Positions 55,991 to 64,000 of a stretch of DNA of 64,000 bases are shown piece after piece; positions within the stretch are counted from its first letter, which is position 1; each line of letters begins with the position of its first letter. Location: contig OZ024755.1 in the NCBI GenBank assembly GCA_964016885.1, positions 42,222,001-42,286,000 on the forward strand, given 5' to 3'. Made by a program: the position numbers and the translations under genes. This DNA is from Eledone cirrhosa. Lineage: Eukaryota. A model generated the notes under the pieces. The model worked only from the letters and a program-made list of their open reading frames with translations. It was not told the DNA's origin and made no database searches.

Positions 55991-56329
55991 CACACAGTTG
56001 GGTGTGGATGCATTCATGTATATATGTGTGTGTCCGCATGTATCTGTGTGTTTCTAAATATATTGTTAATAACTCCCTCTGGTCGAGCAATCTTTGAAGT
56101 GTGGGGACAGCTGGAAAGCTTCCATTACTCATACTTCTCGCCTTCTTCACCACCTCTTCTACGGCCTCGATATAAATACCCCCTCCGCCTCCGTGGTATT
56201 TTCTTCGGGGTTATAAGAGGCTTAGCTCTGTTTCTCGACCGTTATATCGCGTGACTATCTCCCCCTCCGCCTTTTGGGATTCTTTCTCACGTCGTGTAGA
56301 CGCGTTCTTGAGACTAGTAAAATGAGGTA

Positions 56330-56419
56330 TCCTCTTCATAAGTCGGCAGACCTCGCAAGGACTCTATATCTTTATGATATATTGTTTTTGTTTATGCCAC
56401 GAAACTACGTAGTCGAGGA
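56330..56419 (+). ncRNA. Hammerhead family K, probably inactive copy (core TTCATAA, G5>C)
   Basis: TCCTC-TTCATAA-GTCGGCA...TGCCAC-GAAA-CTACGTAG-TC^GAGGA. Confidence 0.6.
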
Positions 56420-56924
56420 ATTTAGGAGCAGTTTAGGTATGATACATTTTATTACTAATTATATCTAAATGTTTCTTCTCTCTTCATAATGTATTTTTAA
56501 CTCTGATACTGGTTCAGTCTAGTTCAAATGAATTGGTCTGTCCCAGTCATTCATTGAGCAACATCGGTGAAGTAGGCACCCTTAACTCACAGTTGGGTGT
56601 GGATGCATTCATGTATATATGTGTGTATCCGCATGTATCTGTGTGTTTCTAAATATATTGTTAATAACTCCCTCTGGTCGAGCAATCTTTGAAGTGTGGG
56701 GACAGCTGGAAAGCTTCCATTACTCATACTTCTCGCCTTCTTCACCACCACTTCTACGGCCTCGATATAAATACCCCCTCCGCCTCCGTGGTATTTTCTT
56801 CGGGGTTATAAGAGGCTTAGCTCTGTTTCTCGACCGTTATATCGCGTGACTATCTCCCCCTCCGCCTTTTGGGATTCTTTCTCACGTCGTGTAGACGCGT
56901 TCTTGAGACTAGTAAAATGAGGTA

Positions 56925-57014
56925 TCCTCTTGATAAGTCGGCAGACCTCGCAAGGACTCTATATCTTTATGATATATTGTTTTTGTTTATGCCACGAAAC
57001 TACGTAGTCGAGGA
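56925..57014 (+). ncRNA. Hammerhead family K with U3:A8 core and long stem II
   Basis: TCCTC-TTGATAA-GTCGGCA...TGCCAC-GAAA-CTACGTAG-TC^GAGGA. Confidence 0.78.
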
Positions 57015-57088
57015 ATTTAGGAGCAGTTTAGGTATGATACATTTTATTACTAATTATATCTAAATGTTTCTTCTCTCTTCATAATGTA

Positions 57089-60059
<2,971 letters not shown>

Positions 60060-60073
60060 GGTGGCTGCCAATG

Positions 60074-60513
60074 CGTTTTCGAGTACAGCCACTACTTTAT
60101 ATTCATGTAGGAGAACCCCTACCGATGCGCTGAACGAGTGTGACTTTTAGTCCAGCCAGCGACTTGAAAACTCTGGTACAAACACTACACTTGTGACAAT
60201 TATTGACACATAGTGCTGGGCCCATTGTACCCTGTGATGACAAGTGCAGAGAGATCTCCAGATATAAAGCAATGCTTGTGCCGTGAAGCTTTTATAGTGA
60301 GTAAAGGCACTGCACAAAGCCAGTCCCACTCTCTTAACCAAGATGCTATTTACCAAAAAGAAGAACAAGTCAACATCATTGGATACCATCAGAGTTGCAG
60401 GTGTTATATCAGAGTTTTCCTTCTCCTAGAATTCTGCCTTGACAAAGGCTAAGGGGTCATCTCTTCCGGTGATTTTGGATGGCCATTGACTCTTAAGAGC
60501 TCCTTTGCCCTTT
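60074..60513. repeat. Second copy of the 34286-34683 repeat
   Basis: Aligned by eye; gives the same spurious peptides. Confidence 0.7.
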
Positions 60514-60602
60514 GTATATATATATATATATACATATATATACATACATATATATATATATACATATATATACATATATATATATATATATACATATATG
60601 AA

Positions 60603-60813
60603 GGCGTGTGGCTGAGTGGTTAGAGTATTGGATTCACAATCGTGAGGTTGTGAATTCGATTCCTGAACCAGGAGATGCGTTATGTCCTTGAGCAAGACAC
60701 TTTATTTCACGTTGCTCCTTCTACCTGGAGTTGCGACCGATAGATAGTATTAGCAATTGGAAAGACCAACGGAAACATAGTTTCCTCGGTCCGATTTGAC
60801 GAAAGTCGATCGA
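60603..60813 (+). mobile_element. tRNA-derived CORE-like SINE, copy 2
   Basis: A/B boxes and body match 14373-14586. Confidence 0.85.
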
Positions 60814-60824
60814 CTAGAATAAAA

Positions 60825-64000
<3,176 letters not shown>

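Larger units (their letters stand above)
55993..57088 (+). mobile_element. Retrozyme-like 595-bp tandem repeat (~1.85 copies), one variant hammerhead per unit
   Basis: Period 595 (56024/56619); ends in (TA)n ~75 nt after the second ribozyme. Confidence 0.85.

Overview
Gene-free, very AT-rich eukaryotic DNA, inferred to be cephalopod/Octopus-like from the kb-long (TA)n tracts and tRNA-headed CORE-type SINEs. It consists almost entirely of retroelements inserted into (TA)n microsatellites. Coding content: a near-identical 2.5-copy head-to-tail ~4.97-kb Penelope-like element (PLE; RT + GIY-YIG, Naiad-like) at 38.0-50.4 kb, six further truncated or degenerate PLEs, one nearly intact CR1-group LINE, and two Gypsy LTR-gag fragments. 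The main hidden signal is RNA. By eye I find about 24 minimal type-I hammerhead ribozymes (about 11 sequence families, plus about 4 degenerate ones). They mark PLE 3' ends and non-coding 465-595-bp tandem or inverted retrozyme-like units. They include a 465-bp five-ribozyme inverted array, U3:A8 core-covariant ribozymes and a family with compensatory stem-I changes. Together these suggest a (TA)n-targeting PLE/hammerhead system that may use circular RNA templates. All long IYIY-type ORFs are microsatellite artefacts. Coordinates were counted by hand and element boundaries are approximate.
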